Assembly (NCBI GenBank): GCA_032718475.1
Contig: JAUCBJ010008163.1
Span: 1 to 58,926 of the forward strand
DNA length: 58,926 nucleotides
Direction: 5' to 3'
Origin: Nemertoderma westbladi
Lineage: Eukaryota; Animalia; Xenacoelomorpha
How positions within the stretch are numbered: the stretch's first letter is position 1; every line of letters starts with the position of its first letter. Below the pieces are notes generated by a model that saw only the letters and a list, made by a program, of their open reading frames with translations, did not search any database and had not been told where the DNA came from. This document shows, piece by piece, positions 47,788-58,926 of this stretch. The position numbers and the translations under genes are program-made.

Positions 47788-48409
47788 GGATTTCCAACTT
47801 TCAGAGTGCGGCCCGAGTGAGTTGCTTCTGGATATCAACGTTGGATTCTTCACGGAATGTATCCAATGCAGAGAGGATGAGTCATCATTCAATAACTGTC
47901 AATCAACCAACCCCTTCTTTCCGCTGCCTAGCAACCAGTACGCGGACCCCGAGTGCTACCAGTACGTCTCAATGCTGGTCCAACTGAAACTCGCCTCAAT
48001 GCTGACTCTATGGCTGGTCCCGGTTGCCATGGTGATATGCTGCGTCTCCTCGGGGTTGCTATGGAAACGGGACGAGACGAAGGCCGGTAGTTACCTGGTC
48101 TCCGCGGGTTTCCACGTATTCGCCGGGGCGGTGTCCGTGGGGGGAGTGGTTCTGTGCATCTACCACGGGCAGTACGCCGTGGATAACATACCCCACGAGG
48201 CAGACGATTTGGGTTGGAGTCCGCTAGGGGTCGCTTACGACCTCGGTTTCGGGGTCGTCATCGCCGCGTTAACTCTAGTCTGCTTCGCGGCTATCACCAT
48301 GACTACCACTTACGCGCTCGTTAAATCAGAGTCAGAAATCAGCGTAAGAAAATCTCGGAAAGTTCGACTGCTGCATAGCTACCCCGGGGCCCAAGAAAGT
48401 ATCACCTAA
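47788..48409 (+). CDS. Claudin/PMP22-superfamily tetraspan protein, exon 2 (total 272 aa)
   Basis: ttttttccag| phase 2; VGFFTEC..C...C loop (variant of W-GLW-C-C); three further hydrophobic helices; basic tail. Confidence 0.8.
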
Positions 48410-48471
48410 TTGTTTGATTGAGATGTGAAACTAGTACAGTAGGCCTACAGATAAACTAGTAAACAGTAATC

Positions 48472-50926
48472 GAGTAAACGTTAAGCCGGCAGTATGGGAG
48501 TAAACGTTAAGCCAGCAGTATGGGAGTAAACGTTAAGGCGGCAGTATGGGAGTAAACGTTAAGGCGGCAGTGTGGGAGTAAAAGTTAAGGCGGCAGTATG
48601 GGAGTAAACGTTAAGGCGGCAGTATGGGAGTAAACGTTAAGGCGGCAGTATGGGAGTAAACGTTAAGGCGGCAGTATGGGAGAAAACGTTAAGCCGGCAG
48701 TATGGGAGTAAACTTTAAGGCGGCAGTATGGTAGTAAACGTTAGCCGACAGTATGGGAGTAAATGTTAAGCCGGCAGTATGGGAGTAAACTTTAAGGCGG
48801 CAGTATGGGAGTAAAGGTTAAGGCGGCAGTATGGGAGTAAACGTTAAGGCGGCAGTATGGGAGTAAACGTTAAGGCGGCAGTATGGGAGTAAACGTTAAG
48901 GCGGCAGTATGGGAGTAAACGTTAAGCCGGCAGTATGGGAGTAAACTTTAAGGCGGCAGTATGGTAGTAAACGTTAGCCGACAGTATGGGAGTAAATGTT
49001 AAGCCGCCAGTATGGGAGTAAACTTTAAGGCGGCAGTATGGGAGTAAACGTTAAGGCGGCAGTATGGGAGTAAACGTTAAGGCGGCAGTATGGGAGAAAA
49101 CGTTAAGGCGGCAGCATGGGAGTAAACGTTAAGGCGGCAGTATGGGAGTAAACGTTAAGCCGGCAGTATGGGAGTAAATGTTAAGGCGGCAGTATGGGAG
49201 TAAACGTTAAGGCGGCAGTGTGGGAGTAAACGTTAAGGCGGCAGTATGGGAGTAAACGTTAAGGCGGCAGTATGGGAGTAAACGTTAAGGCGGCAGTATG
49301 GGAGTAAACGTTAAGGCGGCAGTATGGGAGTAAACGTTAGCCGACAGTCTGGGAGTAAACGTTAGCCGACACTATGGGAGTAAACGTTAGCCGACAGTAT
49401 GGGAGTAAACGTTAGCCGACAGTAAGGGAGTAAACGTTAGCCGACAGTAAGGGAGTAAACGTTAGCCGACAGTATCGGAGTAAACATTAGCCGACAGTAT
49501 GGGAGTAAACGTTAGCCGACAGAATGGGAGTAAACGTTAGCCGACAGTATCGGAGTAAACGTTAAGGCGGCAGTATGGGAGTAAACGTTAGCCGACAGTC
49601 TGGGAGTAAACGTTAGCCGACACTATGGGAGTAAACGTTAGCCGACAGTATGGGAGTAAACGTTAGCCGACAGTAAGGGAGTAAACGTTAGCCGACAGTA
49701 TCGGAGTAAACATTAGCCGACAGTATGGAAGTAAACGTTAGCCGACAGTAAGGGAGTAAACGTTAGCCGACAGTATGGGAGTAAACGTTAGCCGACAGTA
49801 AGGGAGTAAACGTTAGCCGACAGTAAGGGAGTAAACGTTAGCCGACAGTATCGGAGTAAACGTTAGCCGACAGTAAGGGAGTAAACGTTAGCCGACAGTA
49901 AGGGAGTAAACGTTAGCCGACAGTAAGGGAGTAAACGTTAGCCGACAGTATGGGAGTAAACTTTAGCCGACAGTATGGGAGTAAACGTTAGCCGACAGTA
50001 AGGGAGTAAACGTTAGCAGACAGTAAGGGAGTAAACGTTAGCCGACAGTATCGGAGTAAACGTTAGCCGACTGTAAGGGAGTAAACGTTAGCCGACAGTA
50101 AGGGAGTAAACGTTAGCCGACAGTAAGGGAGTAAACGTTAGCCGACAGTATGGGAGTAAACGTTAGCCGACAGTATGGGAGTAAACGTTAGCCGACAGTA
50201 TGGGAGTAAACGTTAGCCGACAGTATGGGAGTAAACGTTAGCCGACTGTATGGGAGTAAACGTTAGCCGACAGTATCGGAGTAAACATTAGCCGACAGAA
50301 TGGAAGTAAACGTTAGCCGACAGTATGGGAGTAAACGTTAGCCGACAGTATGGGAGTAAACGTTAGCCGACAGTATCGGAGTATACATTAGCCGACAGTA
50401 TGGGAGTAAACGTTAGCCGACAGTATGGGAGTAAACGTTAGCCGACAGTATGGGAGTAAACGTTAGCCGACAGTATGGGAGTAAACGTTAGCCGACAGTA
50501 TGGGAGTAAACGTTAGCCGACAGTATGGGAGTAAACGTTAGCCGACAGTATGGGAGTAAACGTTAGCCGACTGTATGGGAGTAAACGTTAGCCGACAGTA
50601 TCGGAGTAAACATTAGCCGACAGAATGGAAGTAAACGTTAGCCGACAGTATGGGAGTAAACGTTAGCCGACAGTATGGGAGTAAACGTTAGCCGACAGTA
50701 TGGGAGTAAACGTTAGCCGACAGTATGGGAGTAAACGTTAGCCGACAGTATCGGAGTATACATTAGCCGACAGTATGGGAGTAAACGTTAGCCGACAGTA
50801 TGGGAGTAAACGTTAGCCGACAGTATGGGAGTAAACGTTAGCCGACAGTATGGGAGTAAACGTTAGCCGACAGTATGGGAGTAAACGTTAGCCGACAGTA
50901 TGGGAGTAAACGTTAGCCGACAGTAT
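48472..50926. repeat. Bipartite 26-bp/25-bp minisatellite, ~97 units
   Basis: GGGAGTAAACGTTAAGGCGGCAGTAT dominates to ~49325; GGGAGTAAACGTTAGCCGACAGTAT dominates after. Confidence 0.98.
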
Positions 50927-53084
50927 GTTCGCCGAACTCACTTATGATTCAGTTTACTATTTCGGTTAGGGTAGTTGGTCAGGCTCCGCAACCCTAAGAA
51001 TTTTGAAAAGTGGAAATTGTAGGGAATGGGGGCGATGGATTTTAGGTACTGCTGGGAGGGTATTGCTCGTTTTATACTTGATTTCTGTATAAAATTATTT
51101 ACTATTTAAATATCATCATGGCGTCAGGTAGACCTTGGCCATCGGCTAGAGGTTCGGTTGACAGAAACAGACCAACCATAGTAACCAGTAAGCTTCCAAA
51201 TTACAACATTTTTATTAGATCGATCTTAAAACTAAGTAAACCAGGAGACTAACAAATCGAAGATGTAGAGGAAGTTGTCGAGCAGGGAAACCCCATCGAG
51301 GTTGAGGTTTCCATTCCAAGCAACCATCCAATAAATGACTGTATTTGTTGCTATAGCGATGAGATAATGCGTATGCCCCAGCATAGACGATTCAGATTTA
51401 GAGTTTGAAGGATGTTGATTGGTTTTTTGGAGAGCCATGTAATACTAAATATAGATAGAATATACTCTATATTTAGTATTCCATGTGTGAGCGCAACAAC
51501 AATGACAACAACGACAGACGGCTAATTATACTGCTATTGTAAAGGCTCATCTCGACTTCGTGGCTCGCCCCACACTAGTCAGAAATTACGCCAAATTTAT
51601 TAGATTAAAGACTTAAGGTTAGGGCTACATTACATGGGAGATTTCATTAGGATGGGGCCGCCGCTATTTCTTTCTACGCGTTCTTTAGAGTTGTCAAAAA
51701 AGTTGTTGGCTATAAACGTTTACCCCCATGAACAACAGTTAAATTGTTAAATTTACATAAATTATTGTGTTGTTGTTTACGATATAATAATAATAATATG
51801 TCACTAATAAATACATTTACAGTAAGTCTGAATGTTGAATATTCATTACAATGAGCTAAAATGCGATATCTTTTCCTTTAAAAGTTGTAAATGTGTTATA
51901 AACTAACAACTCACTGTTAATACTAACTGAGTTAAATATTTAAGACATTATGGTTTTGGAACCCAACAGAAAAAAAATTCGGAATTGTGTCTCCCTCCCT
52001 TGTTATCCGTTAAATTGGGAAAAACAATAAACTGCAATGCACAATAAATAATTACTTAACAATATCGGGAAAAAATTAAATTCACAATAGATTCGGTTTG
52101 TATAGAGTCTGTCATGGACTATAACGGTAGCAATAGATGAAGTCCCTACAATAATACAACGCAATGTCCCGTAATATAGTCTATTCTAGAATCAGGTTGA
52201 ACCTTCAACTATGTGACGCAATTGCGGAGTTGTCCTGAGTAATTAGTTAAACTTAAAAAAAAGTTAAATTTCAGCTATAATTAAATAAATTATGTCACTG
52301 AATGCAGACACTATATTCCAGGACATGATGTGTATTGTAAGACATTAATTACATGAATAGATAGATAGACTGTTACATTAACTACCCAACTTTTAGTTAT
52401 TATACAAAACTTGTGTTACAAAGTAATATAATCAACCAAGACTACCGTACAGCACTATAAATGAGCCCTAGAACCTTAAAAACCATTACCCACAGCTGAT
52501 AAATACCATTTTGCAACTTTGTGCACACATTAATCATTAAAGTAAGTTTTGGTATAAAAAAAACAATAGCGATTATTTTTGCACAAAGTGACAAAAGGTC
52601 ATACGGAAAAGTAAAAATGGATGCCGTCAGAAGCTACTGGAGTAGCGATCTCTAAACCGAGCTGCACCCTAAAGAAACAATGTAGTCAATAAATATTTGT
52701 TGGGTACTGCATACCTATCTACATACACGTTGTATGCATACATAAGCGTGTGCCTTAAAAATAGTGTTTGTTATCGACCTCATACCCTAAATAATGAATC
52801 AGTTTATGTTATTTTATAAATAGTAGATTTTCGGTATTACATATGTACTCCATTTTCGTGATAAGAATTTATGATGCCATTCACTACAGATCGGCTCATT
52901 CGAACAGCAATAATCGATTTAGTTCTTAAGAGCGAGAGTGAACAATTTCTTCAGGGGAATCGTTAAGGTGGATTTTACAGCAGCTGCTAACTTGCGTATC
53001 TCTGACTATATCTATCCACAGACCTTATATGAGACGGGGCCGGGGAGGGGGGGGGGGGGGGGGGGCTTGGGGGGGGGCCTTACT

Positions 53085-53785
53085 GAGTACAATGCACACA
53101 TCTCCAACTAGACTCTATACATAACATTGGAGGTGTCTCATTGGCTCCCCCAAGCTTGACACTAGAACAAAGCCGCCTCCGCTTTGCAGGACATTGCTTT
53201 CGCCGTGAGGACCAGCCAGTGCATAATCTTGTGCTTTGGCAGCCCCATGGAGTGAATAAGCATGGTGGACAGCCCATGACTTTCTTGAGACGCATCTTAA
53301 AGGACACTGGCCTTGAAGATGCGGATGAGCTAGCAATGTCATGGGTGATAGGGAGTTGTGGCGGCGCAATTTTATCTACAAGCCGACACAGCATTATTAA
53401 TATACGCAAAGGCCCGTTCACATCAAACGGAACGGTACACCGCCCGGTGTACCGCAGGGCCAGTGGTACACCGCTGACTGTGAACGACCCAACAGGTAGT
53501 TGTGCGCTAAACCGCACGGTTTACCGCAGCCCATTTAAACAATAAACAATGTTAAAACGATTAATGTAATTTCCTGTTGAATTCACAGTCAACAGATAGA
53601 CAATAAGTTACCGCAACGGTACCGTTGGGTGTGAACGGGCTCCGGGTAGTGTACCGCTGGCTTACCGCTTCAATACCGCCAGACTACTTTACCGCTCACA
53701 CACCGTTGGATGTGAACGGGGTTTAATATATATATATAATGCAGCTGCATGCGTCAATGCAGCTTGAAGATTGTAGTAGTAGTTC
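53085..53785 (+). mobile_element. RTE LINE 3' fragment split by a MITE; (TAG)n tail
   Basis: Same family as 3215-3515; the coding end lies to ~53390, and the tail GTAGTAGTAG at ~53774 follows the MITE. Confidence 0.8.
53410..53723. mobile_element. PIF/Harbinger-like MITE
   Basis: TIR core CCCGTTCACATC(A/C)AACGG at 53413 and inverted at 53703-53720; flanks CAA/TAA (degenerate 3-bp TSD); extra internal TIR copy at ~53621-53640. Confidence 0.7.
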
Positions 53786-54153
53786 CCACGAAATCTACCA
53801 GTCATTGGGTGTAGAAGACCGTTTAACACTTAGGTGTTAAAGTGCAATGGGCACTTGGGCGGCCTCTAAATGTTAAATATAGTAGTTTTCGAAATAAAGT
53901 AGAATTGAACAAAACATTTTTAAGGCACTACCTAAGTGTGTATACAGTATACATACGTCAAGCCAAGTCAGTTAACAGTGCGATCTATATAGTGGGTCAG
54001 GGAGTCGTAGGATCGATTCAATTTGTCATGAAAACACGAAACAGTAAGAAAAGCAACCAGTTGAATATCACATAGAGCGGTCTACGTAACTAAGAGATTA
54101 GTACCGGACAGACGTACATTAATTACCGTAGCAACATATTCCTAGTGATTAGG

Positions 54154-55206
54154 TTATCGGGGGTTTATGAGTAACTCGATAGCAGCGTTCACGTCACCGC
54201 GGGCCGCTACCAGGGCATCGATGTTCGCCTGTCTGTTCGGGAACCCCATAGCGGTGAGACTCTCCAGCTGAGACGCGTACAGCTGCTCGGGGGGCTGGTT
54301 GCTAGCGGGGAAGCCACCGCCCCCGCCCATAGAGCGGAGTAACTGGAGCATTAGATCGGGGGGCGGGAAGGCGGGCGGTTGGAGTGGGGTACCAGAGGTG
54401 ATGGAGCCGGTTGGGGAAGTGGTGTTAGCGCCGGTACTGGTAACGGGAGTGGGGGGCACCTCGCCCTGGGTGGGGGGCACGTCGCCCTGGGTGGGGGGCA
54501 CAGTGCCCGGTGCCGGGGGCGCAACACCACCGAACCCTGGCATCAACCCCGGTGCGACCCCAGCCAACCTCGACATCCCCTGGTTGATCTGCTGTATCGC
54601 CTGGAGTGTCTCCGGGTTAGACATCGCTTGCATTACCTCTGGGTTAGACATGGCTTGCATTACTTCCGGGTTGCGCAGTTGTTCTAGAACCTGGGACTGC
54701 AGCTGAGGATTGTTTGCAAACATCGGGTTGCTCTCGATTAGGTTACGAGCTAGACTCGGGTTCTCCATGATACCCCGGACATACGGGGAGCTCATCATGC
54801 TGCTCATGAGCTCGGGATTCCGGCTCATCTGCTCCATGAGACTCTGCATCCCCGGGCTCTGGGCGAACGGGCTGGGTTGCGGGTTGGTGGAGCTGGGGGC
54901 GGCGAGGGTAGCGAAGGGGTTGGCGCTGGGGGCCGCGCTCGAGGGGGCAGGGGGGCCCCACGGGTTGGGGAGGGGCTCCGTGTTGGCCTGGCCGGTTTGG
55001 GCCGCAGGGTCCGCTCGGTTCGGCTCTCTGCCGCTCACCTGGTACGGGTTGGGTACAAACTGGGACGTCGCCGCGTCCAACATTGGCTCCTGTATGTCCT
55101 GGTAGAGACGTCGCAGGGCGTTGAACCCCCCAGGTATGCTCTCAATGTTGCTCATCTGCCGGTCCTGGTTGCGAACCATCTCTTGCATCACCTGCGGGTT
55201 ACGGAG
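54154..55206 (-). CDS. UBQLN: Ubiquilin exon 2 (STI1 repeats, Pro-rich linker, UBA)
   Basis: tttctcgcag| LRNPQVMQEMVRNQDRQMSNIESIPGGFNALRRLY; EPLPNPW; UBA QLESLTAMGFPNRQANIDALVAARGDVNAAIELL. Confidence 0.97.
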   Translation of the reverse strand, partial: LRNPQVMQEMVRNQDRQMSNIESIPGGFNALRRLYQDIQEPMLDAATSQFVPNPYQVSGREPNRADPAAQTGQANTEPLPNPWGPPAPSSAAPSANPFATLAAPSSTNPQPSPFAQSPGMQSLMEQMSRNPELMSSMMSSPYVRGIMENPSLARNLIESNPMFANNPQLQSQVLEQLRNPEVMQAMSNPEVMQAMSNPETLQAIQQINQGMSRLAGVAPGLMPGFGGVAPPAPGTVPPTQGDVPPTQGEVPPTPVTSTGANTTSPTGSITSGTPLQPPAFPPPDLMLQLLRSMGGGGGFPASNQPPEQLYASQLESLTAMGFPNRQANIDALVAARGDVNAAIELLINPR

Positions 55207-56223
55207 CTGCGAGAAATAAACAAACAGTTGTAGCGTTACGTAGGTCTGCCGATCTTAGACATAACCGTAAAGCATATCTATAGAATTGTATCAAATAGAA
55301 ATTTGGTTAAGATGAAGCGATGTTCTTAAAACATACTGGGTGCCATTGGAATACAACGTCGTGCACTAACTGAGTCAATAAAGACAAAGATCTGATCATT
55401 AACCTACACTTACATACATTCATACCAGTACATAAACGCGACCCAACACACCGGTGGCTTTTAAAAGACGTTGCAGGAATGCCAATAATATCTGACCAAA
55501 ACCTACCCTATTGCCAGCCAGTTACTGTGCCAATACTGCCATAGAACGTGATTTATACAAGAATCATACGTTGTCCCTGCAGGGTGCAGCTGATATTTAA
55601 CCTTAACAGTCAACTCAACTTACTTTAACAATGAAATGCAAGTGAATTTTAATACTGGCTTTATTGACAAATCTCAAAGTGAGTGAGTGAAGTGAAAACA
55701 GACCTCAACCAATCCAAAACGTAAGAAAGTACGCAGATATATCCAGTAGGCTATCATATCCAACCTATTCAGTATTCATCTCTATCTTAATAGTCCTGTC
55801 TTGATTTTACAGTGTGTACTAGCAGACTAGTGACTTTTATCAGTTTTTGGAGATAATTAAATAAATTAATTGTGAATTACGGAATACGCCGTTAATGTGC
55901 CGCTATGACAGTGGTGTCTCCTCCACCCAAATATTATAATAATAGTGTAAAATCCTGGTGTCGTTAAGGGAAAGGAGCAGGTTACAGTGACATGTTATTC
56001 TAACCAAAACAATAAACGTAAAAATATAAATATATTATATTTATAAATATAAATAATAATAAACGCAAAAAATAGAGTCAATAGGGCATGAAATTACAGC
56101 AATACAGCATTTGCAATAATCAGCTGTAAATACAATAACAAAGCAAGACCTAACGACTGAAAGACGCAGTACCTAATGTTGCCAGGTTGCTGTAGAACCG
56201 ACTGACCGACTCGCGTTACTAAC

Positions 56224-56997
56224 CATATCCATGGTTTGCCTCAGAACTTCCGGATTATCCAGTGCGTGGGTTATCTCTGGGTTTCTTTCCATGAGATCGC
56301 GCATCTGGGGGTTGTCGAACATCGAGCGGAGCACATCCGGGTTGGACATCATCGACTGGACCATCGGGTTGGACAACATCTGCTGCATCAGTTCGGGATT
56401 GGACATCAACTGCTGCTGCATCTGGGAGAAATTCGAGGGATCCATAGACGGCATCCCTCCCGCTCCCAGGAGTTGGGCTAGTGGATCCGGTTGGGCGGGC
56501 GTCGGGGGGACGGGAGTGGGGGCGACCGGCGTCTGCCGGGGCGCAGTAGCTGCCCCCGTTGGCTGCTCGCTTGTTTTCTTCGGCCGGATTACCAGATGCA
56601 CGGTGAGACCATCTTTAATCCCGTGTTTATTCAACGGTTCTTCGTCTTTAAGGATTTTTCCCGCAAATATCAAACAGATGCTGTCGATCCCGGGACCAAC
56701 ACTGCTAGAGGCGCTAATCTTCTTCTTTAGTTCTCCCACCGTAGAGTCGCATTCGATATCGACTGAAAGAGTTTCCTTGGGCGACTTTGCAATTATTTTC
56801 ATTGTTTTTGTTTTTTCCGCTCCGGTAGAGTCGGCCATTGACGCGTTACCGGTACCGGTACATTGTTCTGAGCTGTTTTCGGCGGCCGCTGCTGGTAACT
56901 TAGTGGCGGCGGGACCGTCGGATTTATCGGAAGGCCTACCGGAGTCATCCGTGTCGACCGCTCCGTTCGCAGTAGGTTTAGCGTCTTTATTTTCCAT
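56224..56997 (-). CDS. UBQLN: Ubiquilin exon 1 (N-extension, UBL, STI1); total 608 aa
   Basis: LIFAGKILKD..L..HGIKDGLTVHLVI UBL motif; NPQMRDLMERNPEI; ATG|gttagt phase-0 donor joins exon 2 in frame. Confidence 0.96.
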
Positions 56998-57065
56998 ATT
57001 ATCAGATGATTACAGGATTAGTGAGTCTGGAGTCCAGGAGTCTGACAGTCTGAGTCAGTTTGTTT

Positions 57066-57077
57066 ACACTTCCGGTT
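57066..57077 (-). promoter_or_regulatory. ETS-type site (AACCGGAAGTGT) ~70 bp upstream of ubiquilin ATG
   Basis: Exact CCGGAAGT core in the position typical of housekeeping promoters; function not shown. Confidence 0.35.
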
Positions 57078-58926
57078 ACTGCAGTACTGGGATATCGGCA
57101 CAACTCTGCAACTGTCTGACAGTGTAGTGTGTGTACTTCAGTACCGGTACTTCTTGTTGTTTAAATAATTTTTGTAGGCTTACTTCTGTAGTTTACTTTA
57201 TAATAGGCCTACTGTAATACAATACCCAGATACCGGTCCGGTAGGTGGTAGGGCCTACACTAATCTAATACAGTACCGGTAATACTGTAATACACATACT
57301 GCTGTACTGACATATGTAGTCAGGTAGTACAGTACAGCAGTACTGCAGTAGTACCTGAGTGCAGTAGTAAAGTACTGCTGTAGTCAGTAGTAGGTACACC
57401 AGAATTCTATTTGCTTATACTGCTACTGTACCGGTACATACAACGAAAAGTGTTGTGTACATAAAATTCATTAAACTATGACTTCAGCACAGTGTATTTA
57501 TTTATTTATAGAAGAACAATAACAATTTACAACATATTATTTCATTCACAACACAACACACACAAATATTCAACATATAGGTACCCCAATGGCAGACTAG
57601 ACTACATACAGTACTGCAGTATATCGCGGGAAAGCTTCCAAGTCCAACCCTTTTGGATCAGAACGTGTTATCCGTTCACTTTACAGCACTCTCTGGCTAA
57701 CACACCTCTAGTGGGAGTGTTCCCTACCTTTCCGATCAAAAACTGACCACTCAGCAGCCTCCTTTAGCTACCCAATCAGATTGCTTCCTGGGAAGGTATT
57801 TAAGGAGCTGCTGGGGTCTTTTTCCACTCTGCTCTCTCAAGTCGACAACCTGGTGCCTTATTGTGTCTGGTGCTTGCTGCACAGTCTAGTTATTTAATTG
57901 TTTCCCTCCCCTGTTTCCTAAATTTTTTTCGCAGCATAATATTATTAATTGCGTTAATAAACTCAGTTATGCTTGCTTTAAATAAACCTTTTCACCTTTA
58001 AACCTCTTACACAGCACCTCTACATTATTATTGGGAGGCGTCACATAGTTGCACTACCTTCGGCGACAGGCGTTAATTTATCGAAGGAGTCTCTCTCTCT
58101 CAAAATCTACAATGCCCGGATTTCACCACAAGTGCATTATTATATTTAAAATACCTTACTACTATGCTGCATGTTCATTTTTCAGTTGAATTTTCTACAT
58201 ACATACTGTACAATACCGTACCACTAGTGGGTACATATTTATTTAATCATAGTCGTATTTGTATAAATACATAGCCAGGCTGACTGCAACAGTGTATGTA
58301 CAGTACATAACACACTGTGGTAGGACTATTAATTAACAGTTTGGTAAATACTGTAATTTATTATTTTAACCCATTTTCTTTTCTTTTCAAATACAAAGAA
58401 ACATTACTTTGTAATGTTTGCATTCTTTTGTAATGTTTGCATTCTTTTGTACTGTAGGCTACTTCTGACAAATTTCGTGAATTCTTTACTTGTAAATTTA
58501 TATTACCAAACCCCACAGTAGCGCCTACACTACTACTACTACTGTAGCACCACGGTACGGTGCTACATGCTGTTTTAATGCACCTTATACTGTATATTGG
58601 TTTTATATCGTATTGTTTATTATTATTGATTTATTATTGGAAATACATTTTAATAATAAAAGATCCTTCTGGCTCAGGAAGTCGAGGAACTTTGTTGCTT
58701 GATGATACTTAGGGAGTAATCTCGGAATGACTTAGTAGAGTAGGGCACCTAAACTCACGGATTCTTCGCGAAATGCGCAAAATTCGTAAACATCGGAAAA
58801 ATGTTTACATTACTGGCTGCGAAACGTCGTATTCTTCGCGAATTTCGGAAATGTGACGAACGTCGAGGAAATTTATATGTGTTACATTATATTATTGGTT
58901 GCGTAAACAAACGTCCCATTCATTGC

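Noticed and set aside
54299-57127. Long + strand ORFs opposite ubiquilin (and those opposite the LINE ORFs)
   Set aside because: Antisense shadows of coding sequence, with no recognisable motifs.
57120-57440. Dense CAGTACTG/TACCGGTA palindromic low-complexity tract upstream of ubiquilin
   Set aside because: No fixed period or termini, and similar words are scattered through the window, so it is treated as compositional bias.
57451-58045. Solo LTR (TGTTG...TCACA, minus-strand AATAAA)
   Set aside because: TG..CA ends are present, but the flanks (AAAAG / TAGTT) give no TSD, and I saw no PBS, PPT or second copy.

Overview
AT-rich, intron- and repeat-rich animal (invertebrate-like) nuclear DNA. 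No prokaryotic features, rRNA, intact tRNA or CRISPR array were found. Four spliced protein-coding genes could be rebuilt by hand, mostly from exons the ORF track misses. (1) The 3' part of ZMYND11/BS69 (+; six exons, 2757-29399: bromodomain end, zinc knuckle-PWWP, coiled coil, MYND). (2) An unrecognised, disordered, Tyr- and Pro-motif-rich gene (+; ~36184-43528). (3) A two-exon claudin/PMP22-superfamily tetraspan gene (+; 46880-48409). (4) A two-exon ubiquilin gene (-; 54154-56997). The introns and spacers hold a 7.7-kb 63-bp satellite with higher-order repeats and three nested antisense LINEs in the last ZMYND11 intron, two of them with uninterrupted RT frames. They also hold 201-bp, ~43-bp, 39-bp, 26/25-bp and 21-bp tandem arrays, RTE fragments, and non-autonomous DNA elements (MULE-, piggyBac-, Harbinger-, Sola-like, Helitron). 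I cannot demonstrate a wholly new biological system. The best leads are the orphan adaptor-like gene, the LINE-into-LINE double insertion with a templated 5' junction, and minisatellites built from splice-donor motifs next to exons. All family assignments come from motif recall, not database searches.
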